64,000 bases of DNA from Desulfobacterales bacterium. GTDB taxonomy: Bacteria > Desulfobacterota > Desulfobacteria > Desulfobacterales > JAHDSC01. Position 1 is the stretch's first letter; each line of letters begins with the position of its first letter. Positions 25,132 through 35,915 of the stretch are shown in pieces. The stretch covers positions 15,174 to 79,173 of the forward strand of contig JAXGJZ010000013.1 of the NCBI GenBank assembly GCA_040769985.1, written 5' to 3'. A program made the translations under genes and the position numbers. Below the pieces are notes generated by a model, which saw only the letters and a program-made list of their open reading frames with translations, was not told the origin of the DNA and ran no database searches.

Positions 25132-26529
25132 ATGGGCGTTAGAATCGAGAAGGATTCGATGGGAACCATTGAGGTGCCGGACGACAAGTACTGGGGGGCG
25201 CAAAGTCAGCGCTCGCTTCGGAATTTCAGAATCGGCACGGAAACCATGCCGAGGGAAATCATCCGGGCACTGGGGATACTGAAAAAGGCGGCCGCGCTGG
25301 CGAACATGGAATCCGGCGCCCTCGACAAAAACATCTGCGAACTGATCGTTCGGGCGGCCGATGAAGTAATCGAAGGTAAACTGGATGAACATTTTCCTCT
25401 CAAGGTCTGGCAAACGGGAAGCGGTACCCAGACCAACATGAATACCAATGAGGTGATTTCCAACCGTGCGTGTGAGATGGCCGGAAACGCCAGAGGGAGT
25501 AAAAATCCGGTGCATCCCAACGATCATGTCAACATGTCCCAGTCATCCAATGATACGTTTCCGACCGCAATGCATATCGCCGCCGCCGAATCCATTTACA
25601 ACAACCTGATTCCGGCGCTGGAACACCTGAAAAAAACGCTGGATGTAAAAGTAAAAGAGTTCAAGGGGATCGTGAAGATCGGACGGACCCATCTTCAGGA
25701 TGCAACCCCATTAACCCTGGGCCAGGAGTTTTCCGGGTACGCCAAGCAAATGGAGCTGGGTATAGAGAGGGCGAATGGATGCCTGAAAAATCTTTACCGG
25801 ATCGCCCTGGGTGGAACAGCGGTTGGAACGGGGTTAAATGCTCCTGTCGGTTATGATGTTTCGGCCGCTGAAAAAATCGCCGAAATCACGGGCCTACCCT
25901 TTAAAACGGCGGATAACAAGTTTGAAGGGTTGGCCGCGCATGACGCCATTGTTGAGGCCAGCGGGGCTACGAGAACCATCGCGGGAAGCCTGATGAAGAT
26001 CGCCAATGACATCCGGTGGCTGGCATGCGGTCCGAGATGCGGTTTGGCCGAAATCACGATACCTGCCAATGAACCGGGAAGCTCCATTATGCCCGGAAAG
26101 GTGAACCCGACGCAGTGCGAAGCCATGACGATGGTGGTAGCCAGAGTTTTTGGAAACGATGTTACCGTCGGTTTCGCCGGATCCCAGGGAAATTTTGAGC
26201 TGAACGTTTATAAACCGGTGATGATCTACAGTCTGCTTCAGTCCGTTCGGCTTCTTTCGGATGCCTGCAGAAGCTTTACCGACAATTGTGCTGTCGGAAT
26301 TCAAGCGAACAGGGAAAGAATTGATGAACTCATGCGGAATTCGCTGATGCTGGTTACCGCCTTAAGCCCTTACATCGGATATGACAGGGCTGCGCATGTG
26401 GCTCATGAAGCTTATAAGAACAACCGTACGTTGAAGGAAACCGCGGTTGCACTGGGGTATATCACGGAAGAAGAGTTCGATGCGTATGTAAAGCCGGAAG
26501 AAATGGTAAAACCGGGGGTCAAAAAGTAA
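25132..26529 (+). CDS. fumC: class II fumarate hydratase
   Basis: [17 protein letters not shown] signature and the [10 protein letters not shown] and SSNDTFPTA motifs. RBS GGAGGA. Confidence 0.96.
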   Translation: MGVRIEKDSMGTIEVPDDKYWGAQSQRSLRNFRIGTETMPREIIRALGILKKAAALANMESGALDKNICELIVRAADEVIEGKLDEHFPLKVWQTGSGTQTNMNTNEVISNRACEMAGNARGSKNPVHPNDHVNMSQSSNDTFPTAMHIAAAESIYNNLIPALEHLKKTLDVKVKEFKGIVKIGRTHLQDATPLTLGQEFSGYAKQMELGIERANGCLKNLYRIALGGTAVGTGLNAPVGYDVSAAEKIAEITGLPFKTADNKFEGLAAHDAIVEASGATRTIAGSLMKIANDIRWLACGPRCGLAEITIPANEPGSSIMPGKVNPTQCEAMTMVVARVFGNDVTVGFAGSQGNFELNVYKPVMIYSLLQSVRLLSDACRSFTDNCAVGIQANRERIDELMRNSLMLVTALSPYIGYDRAAHVAHEAYKNNRTLKETAVALGYITEEEFDAYVKPEEMVKPGVKK

Positions 26530-26651
26530 CTTGTATAATTTTTTCAGCACGGTTCGTCGGTACGGCTTGATCCCTATACCGGTATTTTTTTAATGCAAAG
26601 CGGTTCAAGCCACACCGTTCGTAACTTCCATGAAAACCGCTTTCTTCGATT

Positions 26652-27107
26652 TTAAAGATCGAATTTTGCTTTTATCTTGTATGTTTTTGTTGCCGGAAGA
26701 CTGATAATATCGCTGATCCCCGTTTCCCGGGAGATGTTTTGCAGATTATTATCGATCTCTTCCATGCTGGGTGCGATAAATGTAAACCAGATGTTGAACT
26801 CGTGATCGCGCTGGTAATTGTGCGTTACGCCGGGATACCGGTTGATTGCGTCGGCAAATGAATCGATTTTGTCTTCCGGAACCCTTGCGGCGCACAGGGT
26901 GCTGACAAACCCCAGTTTGTTTGGAATGAAATTCGCCCCGATTCGACGGATGATCCCGTTTTCCTTCAGCCGCCTGATTCTTTCAATAACCTCGGCTTCG
27001 GTCAGTCCCAGATCATTTGCAATGGAAAGATAAGGTTGCGGGGTGATCGGAAAATGCGACTGGATCCGGTTCAGGATTGCCCGGTCGGTTGTATCGGTCA
27101 GGCTCAT
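26652..27107 (-). CDS. AsnC/Lrp-fold siroheme decarboxylase subunit (AhbA/AhbB, NirDLGH family)
   Basis: Pattern ILNRIQSHFPITPQPY ... IIRRIGANF ... LGFVSTLCAARVPEDKID ... VTHNYQRDHEFNIWFT matches the Desulfovibrio AhbA/B sequences I recall. Confidence 0.75.
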   Translation of the reverse strand: MSLTDTTDRAILNRIQSHFPITPQPYLSIANDLGLTEAEVIERIRRLKENGIIRRIGANFIPNKLGFVSTLCAARVPEDKIDSFADAINRYPGVTHNYQRDHEFNIWFTFIAPSMEEIDNNLQNISRETGISDIISLPATKTYKIKAKFDL

Positions 27108-27172
27108 GGGGATTCCTTTAAAACGCGACTGTGAATCTTATTTCCGTTGGCTTGCAGCACGGTGCTGCAATT

Positions 27173-27559
27173 TTAAAAGAAACGGATATGGACCTTTCTG
27201 GTTCGAGGACCGTCAAATTCGCAGAAAAATATCCCTTGCCATGTGCCCAGCGCGAGCTTTCCATTTTCGACGGCAACCCATTCCGAGGCTCCGATAAGGG
27301 ACGATTTGATGTGCGCGGGTGAATTTCCCTCTAAATGTCGATATCCCGCCTCCCATGGGACAACTTGGTTCAGAATCGTTAAAATGTCGGATTTGACGCT
27401 GGAATCCGCGCTTTCATTGATGGTTACGGCTGCGGTCGTGTGGGGAACGAAGATAAAACAAAAGCCGTCGCTGATACCGGCTGCCCCGACTTTTTCCTGG
27501 ACCTCGGATGTAATATCGATAAGTTCCGTTTGCCGGGTTGTTTTAATGGTAAGAATCAT
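27173..27559 (-). CDS. YjbQ/UPF0047 family protein (secondary thiamine-phosphate synthase fold)
   Basis: 128 aa from the internal ATG (MILTIKT...), with the motifs VPHTTAAVTINE and GNSPAHIKSSL. Confidence 0.85.
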   Translation of the reverse strand: MILTIKTTRQTELIDITSEVQEKVGAAGISDGFCFIFVPHTTAAVTINESADSSVKSDILTILNQVVPWEAGYRHLEGNSPAHIKSSLIGASEWVAVENGKLALGTWQGIFFCEFDGPRTRKVHIRFF

Positions 27560-27631
27560 TGGATCTCCATATGTGCGAAACGAAAAAAACCAGCAGGAAA
27601 AGGGGGTTGTCACGGAATAAAGGCTTCCGGC

Positions 27632-27949
27632 TTATACGCAGCCTGTGGGCTTCGGCAATCCCGCCATTTTGCAGGCGCCCTTCCCGGGCCCGGATGGAAA
27701 CAGCTCATAAATTTGTTTCAGCTTAAATCCGGTCACCTTGGAAAGGATACGAACCATCGGAGCGATTCCGTTTTTTTTGTAGTAATCCTGAAGCACATGA
27801 ATGATTTTCCAGTGATCTTCCGTCAGTTCATCGATTTCTTCCTTCTGTTTCACATACTCGACCCACTCCGGGCACCAGGATTCAAAGCTGTCGATAAAAC
27901 CATCTTCATCCACATTGAATGTTTTTCCCATAAATTCCACGGTTGGCAT
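27632..27949 (-). CDS. dsrC: DsrC (TusE/DsrC family) with both conserved C-terminal cysteines
   Basis: 105 aa from the ATG at 27949. The C-terminus ...GACKMAGLPKPTGCV has the CysA/CysB arm of true DsrC. RBS GGGAGGA. Confidence 0.9.
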   Translation of the reverse strand: MPTVEFMGKTFNVDEDGFIDSFESWCPEWVEYVKQKEEIDELTEDHWKIIHVLQDYYKKNGIAPMVRILSKVTGFKLKQIYELFPSGPGKGACKMAGLPKPTGCV

Positions 27950-28115
27950 TGAAATCCTCCCCTTCCGAAAGATGGTGTCTGCGTATTGCTTCCGCCAAAT
28001 CCGGAAGCTGCGCAAACTTATAAACAGTACGTATGATCTAGAAGGACGCTTATCGGAAAGCAACCCCCCACCAGATATTGAAGATTCTGAAATTGAAACA
28101 CCGTTTCGTGAAAAA

Positions 28116-28505
28116 TCAGAAGCCGATGACGCTATCCGCCTCCTCGATCAATGCTGCCAGTTTCGTAGCGTCTGAAAGCTCTCCGGCTGAAAATTCGACC
28201 GTCGGTTTTTGCCGTTCATCGCAGAACCCTCTCCCCATCGCACAGGATACTCCGATATAAATGGGTATGGGATGAGTCATCGTCAGGTAAAGCAGAAGAT
28301 CTTCCAGCGGCGGAAGACCGGGGGCTTGAATATTTTCAGCGGTCCCTTCCTTCATCAGATAGATCGCATTGTTGTATAACCATATGGATACATCGATCCC
28401 TCGGTCTGCCAGGGCCTTGGCGGTCAGAAAAGGCACGGTCGCTCGGTTTGGATCTTCCGGGCCGTTGTTTGCAATGATCAGTACCTTTTTTACTTTTTTG
28501 GGCAT
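28116..28505 (-). CDS. DsrE/DsrF-like sulfur-relay family protein
   Basis: 129 aa. KVLIIANNGPEDPNRATVPFLTAKA Rossmann-like start and IYIGVSCAMGRG, typical of DsrE/TusD-fold proteins. Confidence 0.7.
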   Translation of the reverse strand: MPKKVKKVLIIANNGPEDPNRATVPFLTAKALADRGIDVSIWLYNNAIYLMKEGTAENIQAPGLPPLEDLLLYLTMTHPIPIYIGVSCAMGRGFCDERQKPTVEFSAGELSDATKLAALIEEADSVIGF

Positions 28506-28738
28506 GTGGTTTTTCTTTCAGAGTTTTCCATCTGAATCATCATCATTTGCCGGCATCGGAATGCGGGTTAAGATATGAACATACGATGAAACCGTGGAAG
28601 CGGTGAATCTTTTTTCGGATCCGATTTTTACCGGAGCCGGGTGGTCAATCGTCAAAATACCGAATTCGTTTCTTCGGTTAAACGCCTTGTTTTGATTATA
28701 AATCCGATCGAAAATTTTAAAACCGGCTCCGAATTTTT

Positions 28739-29140
28739 TTATGAATTTTGTATCTTTTTCTCGTAATCCGCCAGTGCCAGATAAAAGGCGCCCAGCGCAA
28801 GTTCTGCGCAATGATGGTTTTCCGGAGGCAGGGTCTGCAGATATTCAATCAGCGTATCCGGATAGATTTCCCAGGCGTCTTCCAGGCTTTTCCCTTCCGA
28901 CATTTCCGCCAGTGTATTGCAGCAGGCATTGGTGTTAAGGCAGCCATCGGTTTCATAATAAACCGATTCGATCCGGCCGCCTCGAACCGTGAGAAAAATT
29001 TCAATGGTATCACCACAGCTGCCTTTGTTTTTGCCGTATCCGTCCGGATTTTGAATCACTTTTCGCCGATCGCTGCGAAAGGCCATCTCCAGGAATTGCA
29101 TCGTATGTTCCTGCAAGCAGTCTGATTCCCTTTCCTCCAT
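28739..29140 (-). CDS. NifU-N/IscU-like Fe-S scaffold-type protein
   Basis: Three scaffold cysteines in the usual spacing (GSCGD, DGCLNTNACC, HHCAELA). Confidence 0.8.
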   Translation of the reverse strand: MEERESDCLQEHTMQFLEMAFRSDRRKVIQNPDGYGKNKGSCGDTIEIFLTVRGGRIESVYYETDGCLNTNACCNTLAEMSEGKSLEDAWEIYPDTLIEYLQTLPPENHHCAELALGAFYLALADYEKKIQNS

Positions 29141-29253
29141 TTCTCCTCCAAACCTTATAAAAGGATACTTTTTTGAATCAATTTATAGTATCTTATCGCA
29201 TTCAATGGAATGACTATTTAAATTCCCGCGATTCCCCTTGTTCGCAGATGAAT

Positions 29254-29291
29254 CGATTGAACCGGGGAATTGTTTTTCCCTGGTTCAATCG
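29254..29291. repeat. 38-bp near-perfect palindrome containing TTGAACCG
   Basis: CGATTGAACCGGGG - AATTGTTTTT - CCCTGGTTCAATCG, with 13 of 14 arm positions pairing. It sits in the divergent region between the NifU-like gene and miaA. Confidence 0.7.
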
Positions 29292-29613
29292 GTATCCCGG
29301 AAAAATCAGGGGTGCGAAACTTGAGTAAGTATATTAAAAACAAGAACCTTCGATGTCAATGAAGAAGTGATGGACCCTGATTAATTCCGGGGTTTTTCAT
29401 GGCAGCTTTACGAGGAACGGTTCGGGTTAACCATCGGTAAACCGATTCGAGTAAAATCCACTCACCAAACCCTTGCGCGGGCTTGATTCGGGATTGCTCG
29501 TTTTTGGACGGAAAATGTGTGGCGGCCGTTTGAATGTGGTGAATTCACATGATTTTAACCAGGGGCCGGGATCATCCTTACCGGAAGGTCCGAGGAGTGA
29601 AGTAAAACGATTG

Positions 29614-30546
29614 ATGGATCCTGAAATTTCAGCGCCGAAAATTGTTATCATATGCGGTCCGACCGGTGTGGGGAAAACAGCCGTAGCGCTCGATTTAGCG
29701 GAAGCATTCCGGGCGGAAATCATCAGTGCCGATTCCATGCAGATTTACAAACATATGAACATCGGAACCGCGAAACCGAAGCTTCATGAACAGAGCCGCG
29801 TTCCGCATCATATGATCGACATTAAGAATCCGGACGAATCCTTTGATGCCAGGCAATTTGCGGAAACGTCCCATGGGATTATCAGGATACTCCATGAACG
29901 GAATGTTGCGACGTTTGTTGCCGGAGGCACCGGCCTGTACATCAAGGCACTGGTTTATGGACTGTTTCAGACCGGAATCGTAGATTCCGAAATACGAATC
30001 CGCCTGAGGCGGGAAGCAGGACTCCACGGCACTGAATTCCTTTATCAGCGGTTGATTCAATTCGACCCGGAGGCGGCGAAAAGAATACACTCCAATGATA
30101 CCTATCGCCTGATTCGGGCTCTTGAAGTCTATGAAGAAACCGGAAAGAAGATTTCCGAATACCACCATGAGCATTCGTTTCGCCATCCGGCGTTCCGGGT
30201 TTTAAAAATCGGATTGGACATGGAGAGAAAAACCCTCTATGACCGAATTAATTCCAGGGTCGAGTCAATGATGGAGGAAGGATTGGTTGATGAAGTCAGA
30301 GACCTTCTCCACAAAGGCTACACGGCAAACCTCAAATCGATGCAGGCAATCGGTTACCGTCATGTGATCGATTTTATTCAGGGGCGTTTGCTATATAATG
30401 AGACGCTGAGGACCTTGAAACGGGATACAAGGAGATACGCAAAGCGCCAGTTGACATGGTTTCGCGCGGATCCGGATGTTTTATGGTTTCAACCGGATGA
30501 ATTGAATGAAATGCACCGGCGGATAAACCGTTTTTTGAAAGAATGA
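29614..30546 (+). CDS. miaA: tRNA dimethylallyltransferase
   Basis: P-loop ICGPTGVGKT, and the DSMQIYKHMNIGTAKP and QLTWFR motifs. Start set at the internal ATG at 29614. Confidence 0.92.
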   Translation: MDPEISAPKIVIICGPTGVGKTAVALDLAEAFRAEIISADSMQIYKHMNIGTAKPKLHEQSRVPHHMIDIKNPDESFDARQFAETSHGIIRILHERNVATFVAGGTGLYIKALVYGLFQTGIVDSEIRIRLRREAGLHGTEFLYQRLIQFDPEAAKRIHSNDTYRLIRALEVYEETGKKISEYHHEHSFRHPAFRVLKIGLDMERKTLYDRINSRVESMMEEGLVDEVRDLLHKGYTANLKSMQAIGYRHVIDFIQGRLLYNETLRTLKRDTRRYAKRQLTWFRADPDVLWFQPDELNEMHRRINRFLKE

Positions 30547-30660
30547 AATGGGGTTATCGGGATCATTCCGGCGGGTGATGGATTGAATTTCCAGGACAGA
30601 TGAAAGTCCGGATTCTCAACCGGTTTCCAATCCGCTTGTCGGCCTTTCGGCAAGAGCCAT

Positions 30661-30690
30661 GGGGAATTCGTTTGCTGCCGGTTCAACCGG
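30661..30690. repeat. half-copy of the 29254-29291 palindrome
   Basis: GGGGAATTCGTTTGCTGCCGGTTCAACCGG compares with GGGGAATTGTTTTTCCCTGGTTCAATCGG (about 23 of 30 identical). Located in the convergent miaA/radical-SAM intergenic region. Confidence 0.5.
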
Positions 30691-30781
30691 TTTGCCTCCG
30701 GCTTGAGTTTTGCTTGATAACCCACAGATTCTACCGTCACCGGCAAATCCGTATTCCTATGTTCCAAACCGAATCCTGGTC

Positions 30782-31738
30782 TCACGGGATCGATGGAATG
30801 CCGGACGCGGGCATGAAAGGATACGCGACAGTCGCGAACTTTCCCTGCCATGAATCCCTTTGCTCCAATCTATCTCTTATCAGGGCAAGAGTCTCCACCT
30901 TTTTCAGCGACCAGTCCGGCGCAACCAGTTCCTGCGGATGCGGATCTCCGGTGAGCCGATGGATGACCATATCCTCCGGGAGGCGTTCCAGAGAGTCGCA
31001 AACCAGATTAACATATTCCATCTGTTCAAGGCATTTGTAATTTCCTTCCCTGTAGAGCCATTCAAGCCGGGTTCCCTTCACGACGTAAAGCAGGTGGATT
31101 TTGATTCCGTCGATACCTAAAACCGCCAAAACCTTTGCGGTTTCCAGCATATGGTTTCGATTTTCACCGGGAAGGCCGAGAATCACATGTGCGCAGATAT
31201 TGATTCCCCTGTTTTTTGTAGCCTCGACGGCCGATCGGAAACATGAAAAGTCATGTCCGCGGTTGATCATCGTAAGCGTTGAATTATGAATGGACTGAAG
31301 ACCGTATTCAATCCAGATCAGATAGTGTTTGGCATAGTCCTGGAGAAGTTTTAAAATGGGTTCATTTACGCAGTCGGGCCGCGTTCCAATGGAAAGGCCG
31401 ACGATTCCCTCGACAGCCAGAGCCTCTTCGTAAAGCTTTTTGAGTTTTTCAAAGGGTGCGTAGGTATTGGAAAAGGATTGGAAATAGGCGATGAACTTTT
31501 TTGCCTTGTATCGTTTGGCAAGGATCGCTTTTCCTTTTTCCAGTTGCTCGGTCACGCTGAATCCGTTTGCGCAGGCACCGGTTCCGGATCCTCGGTCATT
31601 GCAGTAAATGCATCCCTGCGTTGAAATCGTGCCGTCCCGGTTCGGGCAGGTCAACCCCGCGTCGATGCTGATTTTCTGTACCCGGCATCCGAAAATCCCC
31701 TTGAGATATCCGCTTAAATCGTTATACTTTTTATCCAT
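30782..31738 (-). CDS. radical SAM protein, TIGR01212 (YhcC-like) family
   Basis: N-terminus VQKISIDAGLTCPNRDG...GCIYCN, characteristic of TIGR01212. Confidence 0.85.
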   Translation of the reverse strand: MDKKYNDLSGYLKGIFGCRVQKISIDAGLTCPNRDGTISTQGCIYCNDRGSGTGACANGFSVTEQLEKGKAILAKRYKAKKFIAYFQSFSNTYAPFEKLKKLYEEALAVEGIVGLSIGTRPDCVNEPILKLLQDYAKHYLIWIEYGLQSIHNSTLTMINRGHDFSCFRSAVEATKNRGINICAHVILGLPGENRNHMLETAKVLAVLGIDGIKIHLLYVVKGTRLEWLYREGNYKCLEQMEYVNLVCDSLERLPEDMVIHRLTGDPHPQELVAPDWSLKKVETLALIRDRLEQRDSWQGKFATVAYPFMPASGIPSIP

Positions 31739-31895
31739 GAATCATTCTTCCGGTTATTGACCTTATTCCGACGGAAGGATATACTGCGTATTCTTACCGG
31801 CGAATCAATTTTTACTCATGTTCATATATACCATAGCGCAAGGCCGCGAACAATGGCCCTTGTGCTCGGGATCGCGGAACGAAGAAGAATTTCGA

Positions 31896-33785
31896 ATGAG
31901 TTTTTATCAGAAAAAATATGATGTGATTGTTGTCGGTGCAGGCCATGCCGGATGCGAGGCTGCACTTGCCTCTGCCAGAATGGGGTGCCGTGTTCTTCTC
32001 ATGACGATCGATCTGGACAAGGTGGCTTCCATGCCTTGCAGCCCGTCCATCGGAGGAACGGCAAAAAGCCAACTTGTTAAGGAAATCGATGCGCTGGGCG
32101 GAGAGATGGCAAAAATTACGGACAAAACCGCCATCCAGTTTAAAACGCTGAACACCAAAAAGGGCCCCGCGGTACAGGCATCCAGAACTCAGAACGACAA
32201 GATCCGCTACCATATCGCCATGAAAGCTGTTCTTGAAAAGCAGCCGAATCTGGACCTTAAACAGGCAATGGTTGAGCGGCTGGTTCTGGAGAATGATCGG
32301 ATATCGGGACTGGTTGATCATACCGGTTTCGGATATACCGCCGAAGCGGTGGTGCTTGCTACCGGCACTTTTCTGAGCGGTTTGATTCATATCGGTTTTA
32401 CGTCCGTTAAGGCCGGAAGAGCGGGTGAATTCGCTTCCTATGGCCTGCCGGTTCATTTAAAAGAACTGGGGTTTCGCCTTGGAAGGATGAAAACCGGCAC
32501 CCCCCCTCGGCTCAAGAAATCCACGATTGATTTTTCCGCGTTTACGAAGCAGGAATCCGATCGGTATCCCACGCCGTTTTCATATTTTACCGAAACGATT
32601 CCGGACTTTCAGGTTGCCAGCTATATCGGTCATACCAATCAGGGAACGCACAAGATTGTGCGGGACAATATTAAGTTTTCGGCTCTGTACGGCGGTATTA
32701 TAAAAGGAGTTTCCGCACGATACTGTCCATCGTTTGAGGACAAAATCGTAAAATTTTCTCACAAGGACAGGCATCAGATCGTTCTTGAACCCGAAGGCCT
32801 TGATACGGATGAAATTTATGCAAGCGGCCTTGGAAACAGCCTTCCCATGGAGATACAGATTCAGCTTGTCCGGTCTGTGAATGGCCTCGAGGGGGCTGAA
32901 ATTATGCGACCTGCTTATGCCATAGAATACGATTACATAGATCCGGTTCAGCTGAAACCGACTCTTGAAACAAAGCGGATTTCCGGGTTGTATCTGGCGG
33001 GGCAGATCAACGGCACCTCGGGTTATGAAGAAGCGGCGGCCCAGGGGATGTGGGCCGGGATCAATGCGACGTGCAAGATCCAGAATAGGCCGGCGTTTAT
33101 ACTGGATCGCTCCCAGGCTTACATGGGCGTTTTAGTGGATGATCTGGTCACAAGAGGTACGCGCGAACCCTATCGGATGTTTACATCCAGGGCTGAATAC
33201 AGGCTTATGATGAGGGAGGATAACGCCGATTTAAGGTTGATGGAAAAAGGGCATGAACTGGGCCTTATTGACGATAATGCAGTAAAAGAGGTGCGCGAAC
33301 GGAAAACGCAGATTGAAAAGGAAATCTCGAGAATTCGAAACACGGTGATAAAACCGGTCCAGGAGACGAATGATTATTTGGAAAGCATAGAAACAAAACC
33401 GATAACGACCGGAATTTCTCTTGATCAACTCCTGAAACGATCGGAGTTGGATTACCAGGCAGTCGAAATTTTGGCGAAAAGTCCGGATCCGGTCAGCGGC
33501 AGGGTTGCTCGGCAGGTAGAGATAGAGATCAAGTACGAGGGTTACATCCGGAAGCAGCTGAAAGAAATTGAGAAATTCAAAAATCTCGAAGGCATGAAGA
33601 TACCCGAGGGTTTCGATTATTCCAATGTACACGGCCTTTCCAATGAACTGAAGGAAAAACTTATGGATATAAAACCCGGTTCCCTTGGGCGGGCGTCCCG
33701 TATCGATGGGATGACACCCTCCGCCATTTCCGTGCTCATGATTGCCATTAAAGCTTCAGGGAAAAAATCTTCAAAACAGGAATAA
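31896..33785 (+). CDS. mnmG: tRNA uridine 5-carboxymethylaminomethyl modification enzyme
   Basis: [19 protein letters not shown] motif, and the [31 protein letters not shown] and SRAEYRL motifs. Confidence 0.96.
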   Translation: MSFYQKKYDVIVVGAGHAGCEAALASARMGCRVLLMTIDLDKVASMPCSPSIGGTAKSQLVKEIDALGGEMAKITDKTAIQFKTLNTKKGPAVQASRTQNDKIRYHIAMKAVLEKQPNLDLKQAMVERLVLENDRISGLVDHTGFGYTAEAVVLATGTFLSGLIHIGFTSVKAGRAGEFASYGLPVHLKELGFRLGRMKTGTPPRLKKSTIDFSAFTKQESDRYPTPFSYFTETIPDFQVASYIGHTNQGTHKIVRDNIKFSALYGGIIKGVSARYCPSFEDKIVKFSHKDRHQIVLEPEGLDTDEIYASGLGNSLPMEIQIQLVRSVNGLEGAEIMRPAYAIEYDYIDPVQLKPTLETKRISGLYLAGQINGTSGYEEAAAQGMWAGINATCKIQNRPAFILDRSQAYMGVLVDDLVTRGTREPYRMFTSRAEYRLMMREDNADLRLMEKGHELGLIDDNAVKEVRERKTQIEKEISRIRNTVIKPVQETNDYLESIETKPITTGISLDQLLKRSELDYQAVEILAKSPDPVSGRVARQVEIEIKYEGYIRKQLKEIEKFKNLEGMKIPEGFDYSNVHGLSNELKEKLMDIKPGSLGRASRIDGMTPSAISVLMIAIKASGKKSSKQE

Positions 33786-34066
33786 GGGGCAAGGACCAGC
33801 CGCGTTATCGCCTTGACACTTCATGGTATTCAACTTATTTTAAAAATTACAGTTCGGAATGTGTGTTCACCATTTTTAAAGCGGGAAATCGGCGACGTGC
33901 GTCTTGTTTTCGCAAAAGAGGGGTTTTCTACAATCAATCTATCGCAAGGATTTTCGGTGATATGCGTATCGTTGACCGCTGCGGCTGAAAACTCCCGAAA
34001 AGCTAAGATGCGGGTTTTTCTGAAAGCGCATCAAGAATGGATGAGGGATAACAAAGGATTTTGATA

Positions 34067-34993
34067 ATGTCCGAAACGGATTACTATAAAGAACTCGGTG
34101 TAGAAAGAAACGCCTCTAATGAACAGATCAAGAAGGCTTATCGTAAACTCGCCATGAAATACCATCCGGATCGCACGAAAGGAGACAAAGCCGCGGAAGA
34201 CAAATTTAAAAAAATAAGTGAAGCATACGCTGTGCTGAGCGACAAGGAAAAACGAAAACAATATGACACATTCGGCTCAACCGGATTCCACCAGCGTTAT
34301 ACAAGAGAAGACATCTTTAAGGGGTTCGATTTTTCGGATATTTTCAAAGAATTCGGATTCGGCGGCGCGGATGCTTCAGATCTTTTTACAGGCAAGAAGC
34401 GCGGGATGCGATTTTCTTTCGGCTCCGGCGGGGCTCCATTTGGCTCTCGTACCAGGCATCAGCCCGAGGTTAAAGGGGCCGACTTGGTCTACGAACTTCC
34501 TTTGACCATTCAGGATGTGGCGACCGGAGCGGTCCGCGCGATAAATATTCAACGAGAAGGCCGCTCCGAAATGTTGACGGTAAAAATCCCAAAAGGAATG
34601 ACAACCGGCAAAAAACTGCGGCTTGCCGGTAAAGGTGACCCGAGTCCATACGGAGGTCCTCCGGGAGATCTTTTCATACGTGTCAAGGTTATGGATGATC
34701 CGGTTTTTCAGGTTGAAGGGCACGATCTTTACGTCAATCGTGAAATTAAGATCAGCGAAGCGCTTCTGGGTACAAGTATTTCGGTTCCGGGTCTCGATGG
34801 CAGTCAATTCGCCCTGAAGATACCGCCGGGTACGAAGCATGGAACCAAAATGCGGCTTTCGGATCGAGGACTGCCGCAGATGAGCGGGAAAAAAGGAGGA
34901 GATCTATATATCCGCATCCATATCCATATTCCTAAAATGCTTACAGAAGAACAAAAAAAAGCGGTTGAACAGCTGGCGAGCGCGGGTCTTTAG
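34067..34993 (+). CDS. J-domain co-chaperone without zinc finger (CbpA/DnaJ class II-like)
   Basis: The J domain carries HPD ([12 protein letters not shown]). DnaJ C-terminal domains are present, with no CxxCxGxG repeats. Confidence 0.85.
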   Translation: MSETDYYKELGVERNASNEQIKKAYRKLAMKYHPDRTKGDKAAEDKFKKISEAYAVLSDKEKRKQYDTFGSTGFHQRYTREDIFKGFDFSDIFKEFGFGGADASDLFTGKKRGMRFSFGSGGAPFGSRTRHQPEVKGADLVYELPLTIQDVATGAVRAINIQREGRSEMLTVKIPKGMTTGKKLRLAGKGDPSPYGGPPGDLFIRVKVMDDPVFQVEGHDLYVNREIKISEALLGTSISVPGLDGSQFALKIPPGTKHGTKMRLSDRGLPQMSGKKGGDLYIRIHIHIPKMLTEEQKKAVEQLASAGL

Positions 34994-35333
34994 CCGTTCA
35001 AATTCATTGACAAGCGGGTCAAATCACTGTACTGCGTTTTATTCAGACCTGATAAAATTTTGTTTGTTCAGAACTTCGAGTTGCATAGCAAGCCGATTCC
35101 CCGTCTCGGCTTCAGCGGGACTGCGGCGAACCCCCGTCGTATCAAATCAGGAAACGGCAAATTTCTTTTAAAGATTCTTGCGAAAGTGTCGATATCAAAT
35201 CTAATTGGAAAGGCAAGGAATTTCAAATTCTTTGCCGTTTTTCGTGATGAGCGGGCGTTGTAAAAAATTTTTTCGTTCAAAGGCCTCTATTAAAATATCA
35301 CCGAATGAAGGCATATTTTCTTGAAAGGCAGCC

Positions 35334-35852
35334 ATGACTGAATTACTTCCTTTCATGACAAAAGAGGATATTGACAAGAAGGTAAGCGCGCTTGCCCGAA
35401 GAATTTCCGCCGACTATGAAAATCGCGATCTGGTTATTATCGGGGTCTTGAAAGGTTCGTTTATTTTTTTATCCGACCTCGTCCGAAGGCTCACGATCCC
35501 TGTTCAGATTGATTTTGTCGGAGCTTCCAGCTACGGTTCCGGAGTATCCTCGTCGGGCAGCATTCGTTTGACCAAAGAAATCGGGGTGGACGTGAAGGGT
35601 AAAGACGTTCTCCTTGTCGATGATATCATTGATACCGGTTTGACATTGGCCTATCTCGTTGACCATATAAAATCTTTCGGTCCGAAATCGGTAAGGATCT
35701 GCATTTTTCTGGACAAAAAGGAACGCCGTAAAACAGCGTTAATGATTGATTATACGTGTCAGGTGGTTGAAAGCGGATTCCTTGTGGGGTATGGGCTCGA
35801 TTATGCTGAAAATTACAGGAATCTGCCGGAGATTTACCAACTGAAATTATAA
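35334..35852 (+). CDS. hpt: hypoxanthine phosphoribosyltransferase
   Basis: PRPP-binding loop VLLVDDIIDTGLT, plus LKGSFIFLSDL and GYGLDYAENYRNLPEI. Confidence 0.93.
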   Translation: MTELLPFMTKEDIDKKVSALARRISADYENRDLVIIGVLKGSFIFLSDLVRRLTIPVQIDFVGASSYGSGVSSSGSIRLTKEIGVDVKGKDVLLVDDIIDTGLTLAYLVDHIKSFGPKSVRICIFLDKKERRKTALMIDYTCQVVESGFLVGYGLDYAENYRNLPEIYQLKL

Positions 35853-35915
35853 CAAGTGCCGGTTCGTAAACGCTGATCTCATTTCTGAACCGATACTGAA
35901 AAATGAGGGTGTTTT

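Noticed and set aside
28518-28811. 97-aa minus-strand ORF spanning the NifU-like/DsrE-like gap
   Set aside because: Its start overlaps the 3' end of the NifU-like gene in another frame. It has no RBS or motifs, so the gap is treated as a promoter/leader region.
30489-31040. ORFs 30489-30851 (-) and 30600-31040 (+) in and around the miaA/radical-SAM convergent gap
   Set aside because: They overlap each other and the 3' end of the radical SAM gene. Both have implausible compositions and no motifs.
35152-35240. 10-bp perfect inverted repeat AAACGGCAAA / TTTGCCGTTT with a 69-nt spacer, followed by T's
   Set aside because: By my rough estimate several such long-range 10-mers are expected by chance in 64 kb. 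No additional pairing supports a hairpin.
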